DNA of 64,000 nt, from contig JAGIQG010000009.1 in assembly GCA_024679065.1 (NCBI GenBank), positions 59,644,001 through 59,708,000 of the forward strand, given 5' to 3'. Made by a program: the position numbers and the translations under genes. The notes under the pieces are model-generated. The model did no database searches. It was given only the letters and a program-made list of their open reading frames with translations, and had not been told where the DNA came from. The stretch comes from Sphyrna mokarran. Its lineage: Eukaryota. Positions 1 to 11,029 of the stretch are shown here, piece by piece (within the stretch, counting starts at the first letter, position 1; each line of letters opens with the position of its first letter).

Positions 1-335
1 CCTCTCGAGCTTACCCCGCCATTCAATAAGATCATGGCTGATCTGTAGTGGTTCAGTATCACTCTCCCGTAACCCTCAATTCCCTTGTCAATCAAAAACC
101 TATTCACTCTTGACTTGAACATATTCAGCAAGGAAGCCTCCACCACCTCATCAGGCAGAGAATTCCAAAGATTCAGCATCCTTTACATGAAGAAACTCCT
201 CCACAATTCTGAACTGAACTGTGCCCACCCCCCAATCTTGAGGCTGTGCCCTCTAGTCCTGTTATCTTTGCTAAGTGGGAAGAATTTCTCAACCTCTACT
301 CTATCCATCCCCTTCATTATCTTATACGTCTCGCA
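1..335 (-). mobile_element. CR1 LINE 3' end fragment (ORF2 C-terminus + 3' UTR)
   Basis: Reverse complement has the CR1 3' UTR motif GATCAGCCATGATCTTATTGAATGGCGGGG and resembles the CR1 copies at 2718-3189 and 24300-24670. Confidence 0.85.
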
Positions 336-744
336 AGATACTTCCACAGAGCTGAAAACAAAAGTTAGTTTTAGTTTAATTACATGAGTTTTGATTTTGA
401 AAAATTTTGAATTTTGTTTTTAAAACAGCAGACTTGGAGGGTCTTTGCAGCACACTAGTACGCAGTGGCAAACTGATTGGTAATCACTGTCCTAAGGGGA
501 TCTTTAACTAACTGTTGATTAAACTTTGCACATTACACATCATCAGATCCAAAAATAGCTTTTCCCTGTGGATCCTATGTTGGATCCACAACATAGTATA
601 TTCCGGACAGTTTCTCAGGACAATGTGAATTCTTCCTCATAACTACTTCTACCAACTTGATTTTCTTCTCAAGAAGTCAGGGAGTCAGAGAAGATGAGCA
701 GGTATCCCAACCTGGATGGGTCAAAATCCCAACTGATTATGACC

Positions 745-798
745 CATCCACTCCAGCTGCCTCAGTATTCAATGCTGATAACTGCCAGTTTCCAGATG
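745..798 (+). mobile_element. Penelope-like element RT remnant (left part of the ERV target element)
   Basis: Encodes AASVFNADNCQFPD, matching AAIVSVLNADNCQFPDA in the PLE RT of ORF 46209..46520. Confidence 0.75.
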
Positions 799-902
799 TA
801 TGTCCTGACAGCACCTCCATCGACGTAAAAGAAAATAAAGCTGTACCATTGTTAAACTTGACAATGAATCTGTAGTGGTCATTTCACCCACTTACGCTAA
901 CA
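797..902 (+). repeat. 5' LTR remnant (R/U5 only)
   Basis: 106-nt ungapped match to 8845-8950 with 12 mismatches; AATAAA at 834-839; ends ...GCTAACA. Confidence 0.9.
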
Positions 903-904
903 AC

Positions 905-922
905 TGGGGATTCGTCCTGGAT
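905..922 (+). promoter_or_regulatory. Primer-binding site, tRNA-Pro type
   Basis: TGGGGATTCGTCCTGGAT, 2 nt after the LTR's terminal CA; 15/18 match to the canonical Pro PBS TGGGGGCTCGTCCGGGAT. Confidence 0.85.
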
Positions 923-2717
923 CACAACCATCGTTGGAACGACGTCTCCTGGCAGTGGGTGAATATCTTTACTCATTTCATCAAATCCACGGAATACTAG
1001 TGTCCCAATGTTACAGCAGTATTTCACGGCTGCTGCAATCTGACCTTGTGAACAGGGTCCATTCAATAGCTGTTCAGCAGTAACGTGGGTTTAAGTTTCT
1101 TTTTGGGCAGGCGACTGAAATTGTGAACTGTAATTCATTGTGTTATTTTTACATTCTGCTGACTCCCGACAAGCCCGACCACAGATTCATCGCCCACTAG
1201 GGGGCCCGACAGAACAGGTGTTAACAAGTACAGGGCAGGGACACTGCCCTGGGATTCAAGGTTAAGGTATAAGGCAGGGACAGCACCGTGGGAATTAAGG
1301 TTAATGAGGACGTCCAAGGTTTCAGGGCCAATGAGATTGGGCTCTTGAAGTTCGGCACAAGTCCAGGTGCTGCAAGTCGGTAAGGACCTCTGCAGGCGCA
1401 AACGATCAGGCCACTGGGGGGCAAAATTTGTGAGAAGTTTACTACATACCTAGGCGCTACTAAGTCTGGAGCCTCTGAGTGCCTCGACCACTACAAGCAG
1501 GAGACCTCTGGTAGTGCAATAAAACAACTACACATCGGGGGACTCTGACTCGCGGTCGATTACATGCCAGTCCGCACCCAGGTCCACATAACTCCCAAGG
1601 GAATGGGAAATGGCTGCCTTCTGAGAGTCGATTTAGCGATAGGAGTTTGGGGAGGAGCTAGTGTCCCCAGTCACTGTAGTCGGTAGTCTTTCCATACACT
1701 GCCGCCCCTGTGGAGGCTGTACAGAGCTCACTTGCCTCTGAGAGCGACGATCTCCCCGCTACTTGCAGGCCGGGCCCTGCAAGTTGCCACTGAAGGTACA
1801 AATGTATTAACAGTGGGAACATGAGACCATAACCCAATCAGAGATACAAACAAGTATCTGTGAAAGCATTAGAGCTAGGGTTGGTACACTATTGACCCTA
1901 GGAAGGGAAGCTAACATGGATAGCAACTTTTGAATGGGGACCAGAAGGATCCCTCACCCTCTGTCTAGCAGACAAAAACAAGAATCTAATTAAAAGCATG
2001 ATGAAGGCAGGGTGGAAGCCTCACTGAAACACAGTGGGAGTATGGGCAAAGGAGAAAAGGAGCAAGGATGACAAGGCGTGGATCTTAATATTAAAGGCTC
2101 ATGTCATCCTTGCAGGATGAGTTCATAAGTATGTACAAGGCAAGCAGGAGCAAACTGCACAGCGACAACATGCTGCTATGATGGCCGCTAACCCTGTGCT
2201 GCCAGTACTGTCTGACTTTTCACGCGAACCTCCGGGTGAGGGGTGTCCCGACTAGCAACGTTTAGTAGATAAACAGGTCCACTATGCCCGACAGGGGGAG
2301 CATTCCATCTACCACCGACCTCTCATCCCAGAGCGTTATGACAGCCCCTGTTAAAATTGAGTGTGTCCCCCGGGGGGAAAGCGGAAGACAGGTGAGGGCA
2401 ATCTGCCCAGGCTTGGATAAAGATGACCTATGTATCCCTTACTCCGGGGGACACAATGAAACTGCTGGACAAACTCCCAACCCTCCAGCCCAGACACAGT
2501 AAAGCGATCTTCTGGTAAAAACTTAAGCAGATGCAACTATGTCACAACCTACACAATCGGGATATAGCAGAGCTGATAAGAGCCAAAACGCTGGAAAATT
2601 ATTGGACCTGGCTTCAGATAGAACACCGGAACAGGACCTGGGGCATGAACCTGAACGAGAGTTGCCAAGAGCAAGATCAAGCTCTGGCAGATTTTAATGA
2701 TGATATTACCCAAACCA

Positions 2718-3189
2718 TAGGTTCACTAGGCTGATAGCGGAGATGAGGGCGTTGGATTATGAGGAGAGACTAAATAGGCTAGGTTTGTACTCTTCGGAGT
2801 TTAGAAGGCTGAGAGGGGTTCTTGTAGAGATGTATAAGATAATGAAGGGGATGGATAGGGTAGAGGTTGAGACACTCTTCCCGCTTAACAATGATAGCAG
2901 AACTAGAGGGCACAGCCTCAAGATTAGGGTGGGGGGGGGGGTTCAGATCAGAGTTGAGGAGGAACTTCTTCACGCAAAGAGTGGTGAATCTTTGATGGCT
3001 TCTTCACTGAATATATTCAAGTCAAGAGTGGGATAGGTTTGATTGACAAGGGAATTAAGGGTTACGGGGAGAAAGCAGGAAAGTGGTACTGAACCACTGC
3101 AGATCAGCCAATGATCTTATTGAATAACAGGGCAGGCTCGGAGGTGTTGGATGGCCTACCTGTGCTCCTATTTCTTATGTTCTTATGTT
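2718..3189 (+). mobile_element. 5'-truncated CR1 LINE inserted into gag
   Basis: ORF 2743..3036 (LDYEERLNRLGLYSSEFRRLRG) is the CR1 ORF2 C-terminus; (TTCTTATG)n-type tail; flanked by CAAACCA at 2711-2717 and 3190-3196 (TSD). Confidence 0.92.
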
Positions 3190-3807
3190 CAAACCAGGAG
3201 GTGAGCACCCGTGAACTAGAACGCAATCGTAGAGGTAGTGCAGGGGAAGAAGGAAGGAGCCCAGGAATACGGGTGATGGAAATCTGATGCCTTTTTGGCC
3301 CATGGGGGAATGCCCGATGCCGATAGACAGAACCCCGCATTCCTCCAGCTACATAAGGACAGGCTGAGCCCAACGCACCAAGCAATCCTAAAAACCGGGT
3401 TGGTAAACTTCAATACCTTTGACGAATTAGAGAACTGGGCTATTACCTTTGACAACCAACAGAGAAAGATCCAAAAATGCCAGGGCAGGGGTATCTTCCC
3501 TAGGAACTGATGGAGTGGGCTTCTACAGATGTGGGAAACCTGATCATTATAAAAAGGACTGCTGAGTCCAAGCACTCCAACCTCCCAAATATGCCGCAAT
3601 TACAGCAAGATTGGACACAATGAGTCAGTTTGCCATAGCAAGAAGTTCCCAAGGGGAGAGAAAGAGAGAAAGAGAGAGAGAGCCCCCCGACACGACCAAA
3701 CCCTGGCAAGCCCCTGACTTAAAGGGGAACGAAGTCATCTCCGATACTGCACACCTCAGCCACCAGAATCTGCTAGATATTATACAGACTCTGACAACAC
3801 AAAAGAC

Positions 3808-4220
3808 GTGATATAGAGATGCCGGCATTGGACTTGGCTAAACACAATAAGAAGTCTGACAACACCAGGTTTAAATCCAACCGATTTATTTGATAGTAAA
3901 CTCACAAGCTTTCGACCCTCTGACTTTGTTCAGGTGAATGAGGTGTTCTAGTCTCAAACAGCACACATAACAGCATAGACTGTTTACAGATTACTGATTA
4001 GAATGCTAATCTTTACACCTAACCTTACTTGTATAGCAGGTTAGGTGTAAAGATTCGCATTCTAATCAGTAATCTGTAAACAGTCTGTGCTGTTATGTGT
4101 GCTGTTTGAGACCAGAACACCTCATTTACCTGACGAAGACTAGAGGGTCAAAAGCTTGTGAGTTTACAATCAAATAAATCAGTTGAATTTAAATCTGGTG
4201 TTGTCAGACTTCTTACTGTG
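3808..4220. mobile_element. Penelope-derived fold-back mini-element (inverted pseudo-LTR pair + tail)
   Basis: Inverted arms at about 3843-4025 and 4038-4220; PLE tail at 3808-3842; TSD CACAAAAGAC at 3798-3807 and 4223-4232; arms homologous to PLE ends at 11740-11910. Confidence 0.9.
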
Positions 4221-4235
4221 AGCACAAAAGACCAC

Positions 4236-6160
4236 ATGAATTGCGTCGACCCCCACTTGGGAGCCGACCCCCGCATCTGGGTTAACGCATCATTAGGGGG
4301 CCAGCGATGCAAAATATTAATAGATACGGGGGCTGCAATAGCTCTCACCAAACATGGCACTTCCTACAAGTTGCATCGTAGTAGTGGGGATAGGGGGAAA
4401 TAGAACTACAGCTTATCACAGTGAGGCAGTCCTACTTGAGATCGAGGACATTTTACTCCCAGTACACTTCTGGATATGCCCGAACCAGGAGGGAACGATT
4501 TTGGGGATGGACCTCCTGTGAACTGCGAGGAAGGAACACAAAAGTGGGATTCAGGGATACTGGGTCCCCAATAAAAATGTGGCTGCAGTTCGGGCAGGAG
4601 ACCACACATATACAGCCCGAGATTGGAAAAGGGAGAGAACAGTAGGGCTTCTATGCCAGTCGTTACCCTGAGTCTGGGCAGCAGGGAAACAAGACTGTGG
4701 CCTCATAAGAATCTCTCCCCTATACATACATGGGCCGATCCACACCCCCCACAAACAATACCCTATAAAGCCCGAAGCACTGCAAGCCACTGAGAAAATC
4801 GTTCAGGCTTTGGTCGCCCAGAGTATCTTCAGATCCACAGTGTCCAACACCAACTCCCTGATAAGACCAGTCCATAAGCCAGATGGAAGTTACCAAATGA
4901 CCATAGATTACACTGCCCTAAACAAAATAACACCAAAAGAACACCCCATAGTTGTGAGTCCATCCACTATTTTCAACGGATTCTGACCTGAACATTGTAC
5001 TTTCTTCATGTTAGACATAGCAAACAGATTCTGGTCCATCCCACTTCACAAGGACTCCCAGGAAAGGTTTGCTTATACCTGTGGAGGGAAACAATACACA
5101 TGGACACGCCTCCCCCAAGTGTTCCACAACAGCTGCAACATTTTCCACCCAGTTATGAGTGAGGCCCTTGAGGACTGCAATCTGTCCCCATATGGAAGTA
5201 TCTTCCTTCAATATGCGGACGACATCTTTACCGCCTCCACTAACCTCACGGGACAAATAGGAGCCCTGTCCACAATCCTATGTGCTTTGCAGGCTGTGGG
5301 GTTTAAAATCAACCCAACTAAGGCACAGATTGCACAACCTGAAGTCCGGAATTTAGGACACAACATAAGCCAAGGAAAGAAAGCCCTCCCCTCTGATTGG
5401 AAGATCTCGATTGCAAATACGCCCTGTCCAAACACAGTCAAAGAGGTGCATAGAGTTATGGGACTCTTAAACTACTACCAGAATTTCATTGACCAGCTCG
5501 CATCTCTGGCCAAACCAATTCAGCTGCCGGTCAAAGGGGGAAAGCCAGGAGCAGAAACGATCGAGTGAGGACCCGAACAAAAGGCAGCACACACCCATCT
5601 TAAATCAGAATTATTAGCAGCCCCAGCCCTACGCATGCCTAACATAACTAAACCTTTCCACCTCTTCTATCACTCAGAAGAGGGATTTTATAGCTCCGTG
5701 GCAACCCGAAAATACAGGGGCATATTATTCTACCCGACAGTCACCGGTAGCTAAGGACTGCACAAATGTGGATGCTTCTAGATTGCGTTGCCTGAGCAGT
5801 CAGGGTATGCGAACCAATCACTATGTCAGGACAAATCATTTTACATGCACGTCGAGCTCCTGAATGCAGGTCGGCTCCGGACTGTTTTGGACATCTGAAG
5901 GGCCAACTGGGAAGCGGTACTCCTCCTCCAAGACTGGATAGTCCAGATACTGCGGGACACTGGAAGAACCCGACAGATTTTTATCAGAGGGAAGTCCGTA
6001 CACTGCTGCCCGATTAACCCAGACACTGAAGTGGAGGAAGGGATTAATGACCAACCCCTAGATAACCCTGACCTCACACTATATGTAGACGGGTCCTGAA
6101 GACAAGTAGAGGGACAATACCGTACAGGCTGGGCAGTGGTAGACCATGAGGGGACATACC
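4236..6160 (+). pseudogene. pol: ERV pro-pol: aspartic protease, RT, tether and start of RNase H; integrase absent
   Basis: Protease KILIDTGAA (about 4310-4340). RT motifs KPDGSYQMTIDYTALN, LDIANRFWSIPL, YTWTRLPQ and QYADDI (ORF 5008..5568). Tether APALRMPNITKPFHL. RNase H LYVDGS*...GWAVV (6061-6159), then an abrupt jump to env-like sequence. Confidence 0.9.
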
Positions 6161-6164
6161 ACTC

Positions 6165-8166
6165 ACCAACAATCCCATGGGATAATATTCAATACATCTG
6201 AGGCGTTGTGCATGCCAGCCGCAGCATACCGCGAGAATAATAGAATGTATTCAAATGCATGGCTACAAGTCCACCCGGGTATCAACGTGATTTGCTTCAC
6301 TTGCATATTGGATAAGCTTTGAACATGCATCCAATGGTCAGACTTGCTGAGTGACTCTGGCTGTACCTTCGGAACTATGTGCACCCTTCCCAAAAATCCG
6401 CAAACACCACCACAAAGAGACATTTTGAAATCGGACATTGACATTTGTGGATATTACGGACTAGTTGAGGCTCCTGCAGTCTCACCATACGTATGTTTTG
6501 CACTTCCTGCAACGTGTGCCCCCATGACCAAGACACCCAAAATCTTACCCTGCCCCTTGCTGAGTGTGGGCCGGAAGGAGGAGTGGTGCTGTGGAATAAG
6601 GGAGAAACTGTATACGACCACATGAAATACGAAATCGTCCTGTTCTGATCGATATCTCAGGGATCCAGGTGCCAGGATACTGTTCAGAACAGACACAAAG
6701 TATGTAGCAAACACTAGGCAGAGAAACTGTAAAGTGGGCTATCGATGCGATGGGAGCAACACACTATAGAGGCAACACATACACACACAGAAGCAAAAGG
6801 AGTATAGTCAATGACATCGTCACAGGAATAAACACCGGATCCAGCATGGTTAACTCGATTGACATCCAGGCCTCAATAATAAGATAGAACAGTTAAAGGG
6901 TGTAATGAAAGAATCCTACAACAGTCACTAGGTCAACAAGCTGAGCAGGCTCTTTAGGGGACAGGGGCACTCATACCCAACTAGATGGAATCACAATATT
7001 AGAAACACATGCCCGTACCACTAACTGCCTCAAAGACAGAGAGAGAGAGAAAACACTGCCCAGTACAACAGGGACAGCTGTGCCATGCGTATGGTCAATG
7101 GATGATAGGCCAATTGAGACATTATTTGGACCAGGTACACAGTGGGGAGATGCCCAATTGGATTGACAGCACCCAGTTAGCACAACACGCACATCAGAAT
7201 AACCGGACCTTGAAGGGATGATGTGGGTGTATCCAGTGATCCCCAACTGCGAGGTTAGTGAGAACATGGGGATAGGGATGGTCCTATTAATCCCGATAGT
7301 GACACCAGACTCGGGACCATTCCCTATTTTCCAACTTGAGAACAGTGTTGTTAGAGGCAATACCTCCCTCTGCTACCACCTAACTGAAGTCACAGTCATC
7401 TCAAGACATGGCGTGATGTTCAGTACCTCCCTCTCGGGATGCAAAGGGGAGAAATAACCATTTGCCCTCACCCACTAAGACAAGGAGAGGCAGCTGAATG
7501 TGGGTTTGATCAAACACAGGACTGTACCCTAGAAATTACAGCTACAGACCCACACTTCTCCCGGGCAGGATATGGAGGACGAGGCAGGTATTGTGTAGCC
7601 ACAACAGAAACATCCTTTGTATACAACGGGCTGACATGCCCGATCCCCAGCCCAAACTTCTGCTTCACCCTTGGCAGACCGGTCACTATTGGTCAAGTCC
7701 ACATCATCAACATCTGAAGTAGGCAGGCCCTGACACTTAATGCCACCGAGCCATAAAAAGATGACCTTAAATATTACCAAGAGCCAGAACAGGTTCCCAT
7801 CCCACAGCCAGCAGAAGTACTGAGAGAGCTCCTTCTCAAGGTGGGACACTCTGTTCAGTTATACCACCAGTTACTAACCCATGTTAAAACCCTGGAGCAT
7901 GATACAGAATCAGCCTTACAGAGCCAGACATGGGTACAGAAGGTATGGGACTGGGGCCTAATTGTAGACATCACCCCTGGATCCGGATAATCTCTCACAT
8001 ATTGGTTGCTATCCAACTGAAACTGGCAATATCCTGGGGAGTAATAACTTGCCATACCTACCACCAATGCAAGAAAACTAAAACTAGGAGGCAACTAATT
8101 AGAATGATTGGCAACATGGGACAATTAACAAATCAGGAAGACTTCTCCCGCGTACGCCTAATTTGA
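6165..8166 (+). pseudogene. env: ERV env of F-protein type (paramyxovirus F / foamy TM-like class I fusogen)
   Basis: Furin site RSKR at 6789-6800, then SIVNDIVTGINTGSSMVNSIDIQA and a heptad repeat. Cys block LSGCKG..ITICPHP..ECGF..DCTLEI..GRYCVA..TCPIP. Second helix, Trp-rich TWVQKVWDW, TM HPWIRIISHILVAIQL, stop at 8164-8166. About 455 codons follow the cleavage site. Confidence 0.75.
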
Positions 8167-8295
8167 CAAACCCGGGGCTCCCCTAATCTATATGACTGCA
8201 GCGTGCAAATGCAGGATGCACCGGACATAAAATCTGCTAAAGAAATCGGTCTGAAGGAGACGGAACAAGTCTGCTCCCAGCCAACAGGCGGGTAC

Positions 8296-8950
8296 TGTTA
8301 TCGGACAACAAATTTTATGAAATTGGACACATAATATGGAAGCAGACTAAAATCACACTCAGAGCCTTCCACTAAAAATCACCAAGAAACAGACACAGGC
8401 TAGCAGGCAACAGCATGCTTTTAGAATGCAAATGAGGGCTAATATACAGTGGAAGCTGGTCAGGATGCCACCTCCAAGAGTGAAATTAAAAAACACATCC
8501 CCACCCCACCAAATCAGCACTTCTAAATCAGTCAAACAACCTATGGAGACACCTAAAGATTAGCTTACCTAAGGAAGCATCCTTGGCCTCTCAAACTTCC
8601 TGAGAATAGTTGCACACCTATTGTTAAAGCCCTGGAGATTCCACACCATTAATAACCAATCAGACAAAATGATTAACATATACTTAAAACAATCGTCCCA
8701 ATACTTGAAAACATCGAGACAGAATGGCTAAAGTCGAATACTGTAAATAAAGCATTAGCATTTGAATTGCATACTACACTGAAGTTCAGGTATAATTGTA
8801 GCCCGTTGTGGCAGGTCTTTAGAGTGCTTTCGGGACAGTCCGATTGTATGTCCTGACTGCACCTCCATCGACATAAAAGAAAATAAAGTTGTACCATTGT
8901 TGAACTTGACCCCGAGTCCGTAGTGGTCGTTTCGCCCACTTGCGCTAACA
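8296..8950 (+). repeat. 3' LTR (655 bp)
   Basis: Starts TGTTATCG after a degenerate purine tract and ends CGCTAACA (7/8 terminal inverted repeat). TATAA near 8792, AATAAA at 8882-8887. Its last 106 nt match the 5' LTR remnant. Confidence 0.85.
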
Positions 8951-10078
8951 ATATGTTAAAGAAGCCATCCCCTATGGACAAGCCCTCTGTATACATAGGA
9001 TCACAACACCCACCTCCAGACATTGAACGATGCCCTTATAAGAACAGAATACAGCACTCGAACTATCAATAGTTCGAACTCGCCACAGCAAAAAACAGCA
9101 TCGACTTCCAAAGACAAACACTTGACACGATGGACAGAGTACCCTTTGTCATCCAGTACTTCCCTGGAATCAAGAAGCTACAACATCTTCTCCAGAATAT
9201 TCAAAATGTCATTGATGAAGACGAACATCTCGCCATGGCCATCCCTACACCCCTACTTCTTGCCTTCAAACAACCTCACAATCTCAAATAGACCATAGTC
9301 CGCAGCAAACTACCCAGCCTTCAGGAGAACAGTGACCGCAACACCACACAACCCCGCCACAGCAACCTCTGCAAGACATGCCAGATCATCAATATGGATG
9401 CCATCCTCTCACGTAAGAACATCATCCACCAGTTACATGGCATATGCTCTTGCGTATGTTGTCTACCTAATACACTGCAGAAAAGGATGCTCCAAATCAT
9501 GGTACAGTGGGGAGACCATGCAATTGTTATGACAATGGATGAATGAACACCACTCGACAATCACCAGGCAAGACTGTTCCCTATCTGTTGATGAACACTT
9601 TGGTGGTCATGTGCATTCGGCCTCTGATCTTCGGTAAACGTTCTCCAAGACAGCCTTGATGACAAACAACAGCACAGAGTCGCTGAGCAGAAACTGATAG
9701 CCAAGTTCCGCACACGAGGATAGCCTCAACTGGGATCTTGGGTTCATGTCACACTATCTGTAACCTCCATGACTTGCCTGAACTTGCAACATCTCACTTA
9801 CTGTCCTACATGGAGACAATACACATCTCCTTAACCCATGCTTAATGCTACCTGCACTCACATTGTCGGCACCTTTAAGATCTGAATAGCAGATTATCTG
9901 TAAAGACTCGCATTCTGATCAGTATTCTGTAAACTGCGTGCACCTTTATATGCCCTGTTTCTGATCAGAACTCTCCACTCACCTGACGAAGGAACAACTT
10001 TCCAAAAGCTTGTGACATTTACTATCATATAACTGTTGGACTTTAACCGGGTGTTGTGAGACTTCTTACTGTGTTCAA
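8951..10078 (+). mobile_element. Penelope-like element 3' half (RT thumb, GIY-YIG endonuclease, pseudo-LTR with hammerhead motif)
   Basis: VKEAIPYGQAL, VVYLIHCRKGC and WYSGET (GIY-YIG-type); degenerate CTGACGA..CAAAAGCTTGTG near 9983-10014; homologous to 44710-47080. Confidence 0.88.
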
Positions 10079-10769
10079 ATTTAACACCAGCAGTTCAACG
10101 GACTGACAATCAGTTTGGGAATCCATCCACCATCCTCTCCAAACTCTGCTGTTCTTGAAAGGGTAAAAGTGTGGGTATGGGTATGCTAAAAAGAAATTGC
10201 AAAGGTTAATATCCTCCCATTTGGTGACAGTTTACCTTTGAGAGAACCTCCTGTATTTTCTATACCCTGAAGTTAGCCAAGTGTTTACCTATCTTTTCTG
10301 CTCATGACAGACCACTGTGTGACAGTAATCTTGAAGGATCAGTTCCTCGCCTCCATGTCAGTGCTAAAGGGCAAGATCTGAATGGGAGAATGAATTGCGC
10401 CAACCATGCCCTCATCTCACTGGCCACTATACTTTTGCATTAATGTGGTGGCAATGGCATTAAGTTAGTTGATGTATCAGACTTGGTGTCAACTTTAACT
10501 TCCTTGAGCAAGCACGCAAGATGCACCACTGGCCTTCATGGAGATCATGGCTGAATGATTCAGAACACTGAATCTGTGCTCAATGTGACTGCCTGGAATC
10601 CCTTGCAATGCAGCGGCATAAGGAACAAGAATGAATGTGATCGTCCTCCATTGCCTTCACTTCATTCCTCCTGGAATCCGCTAGTAATTAAAGTAGTACA
10701 GGCACATCTTTTCCATGTCATACTTCCTTGATTTATCATTCCATGGAAGCTGACCCTCACATTCCTCTT

Positions 10770-10975
10770 CAGATTCCTGATCCTCCTACTCCCTCTAGCA
10801 AGGGATCAGCTCTTTACATTGCCACTTTATGAAACACAGTGATGTGAGACACCTTATCTGGAGTATACTCAGAGCTTCAAAGTGGTCTAAACATTGGAAG
10901 CACATCTTCAGTGTGTCAATGCTGTGTTTGATTACGGATTATATGAAGCCGTGAACTGTATTGTACCTCTCCTCC
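10770..10975 (-). mobile_element. PIF/Harbinger transposase C-terminal fragment (degenerate)
   Basis: Reverse strand with frameshifts reads RYNTVH..VIKHSIDTLKMCFQCLD..YTPDKVSHI, resembling the HARBI1-type motif YN.AH...VERTFG.LK.RFRCL..Y.P.KV..I. Confidence 0.55.
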
Positions 10976-11029
10976 AAGGGGAAAGTAGAAGTGTCAAGAA
11001 CCATTGTTTGAGTGAGTACTTGGCATCTT

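Larger units (their letters stand above)
1916..4239 (+). pseudogene. gag: ERV gag (MA/CA/NC), interrupted by CR1 and PLE insertions
   Basis: CA-like pieces in ORFs 2531..2734 and 3295..3510. Two degenerate CX2CX4HX4C knuckles: FYRCGKPDHYKKDC (3521-3562) and CRNYSKIGHNESVC (3592-3633). Start position approximate. Confidence 0.75.
797..8950 (+). mobile_element. Degraded endogenous retrovirus, lokiretrovirus-like (LTR-PBS-gag-pro-RT-RH-[integrase deleted]-F-type env-LTR)
   Basis: Direct repeats at 797-902 and 8845-8950, a tRNA-Pro-like PBS at 905-922, and gag/pol/env motifs in retroviral order, with many stops and frameshifts. Confidence 0.9.

Noticed and set aside
1510-1590. AATAAA followed by ..TTACA-TGCCAG as the ERV 5' LTR end and PBS
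   Set aside because: No matching 3' repeat; the true LTR repeat and a much better Pro PBS are at 797-922.
797-8950. Classification as a foamy virus or a Ty3/Gypsy errantivirus
   Set aside because: Zinc knuckles, DTG protease, Pro PBS and no accessory ORFs argue against foamy. A tether followed by a second YVDGS RNase H argues for a retrovirus-type pol rather than Gypsy.
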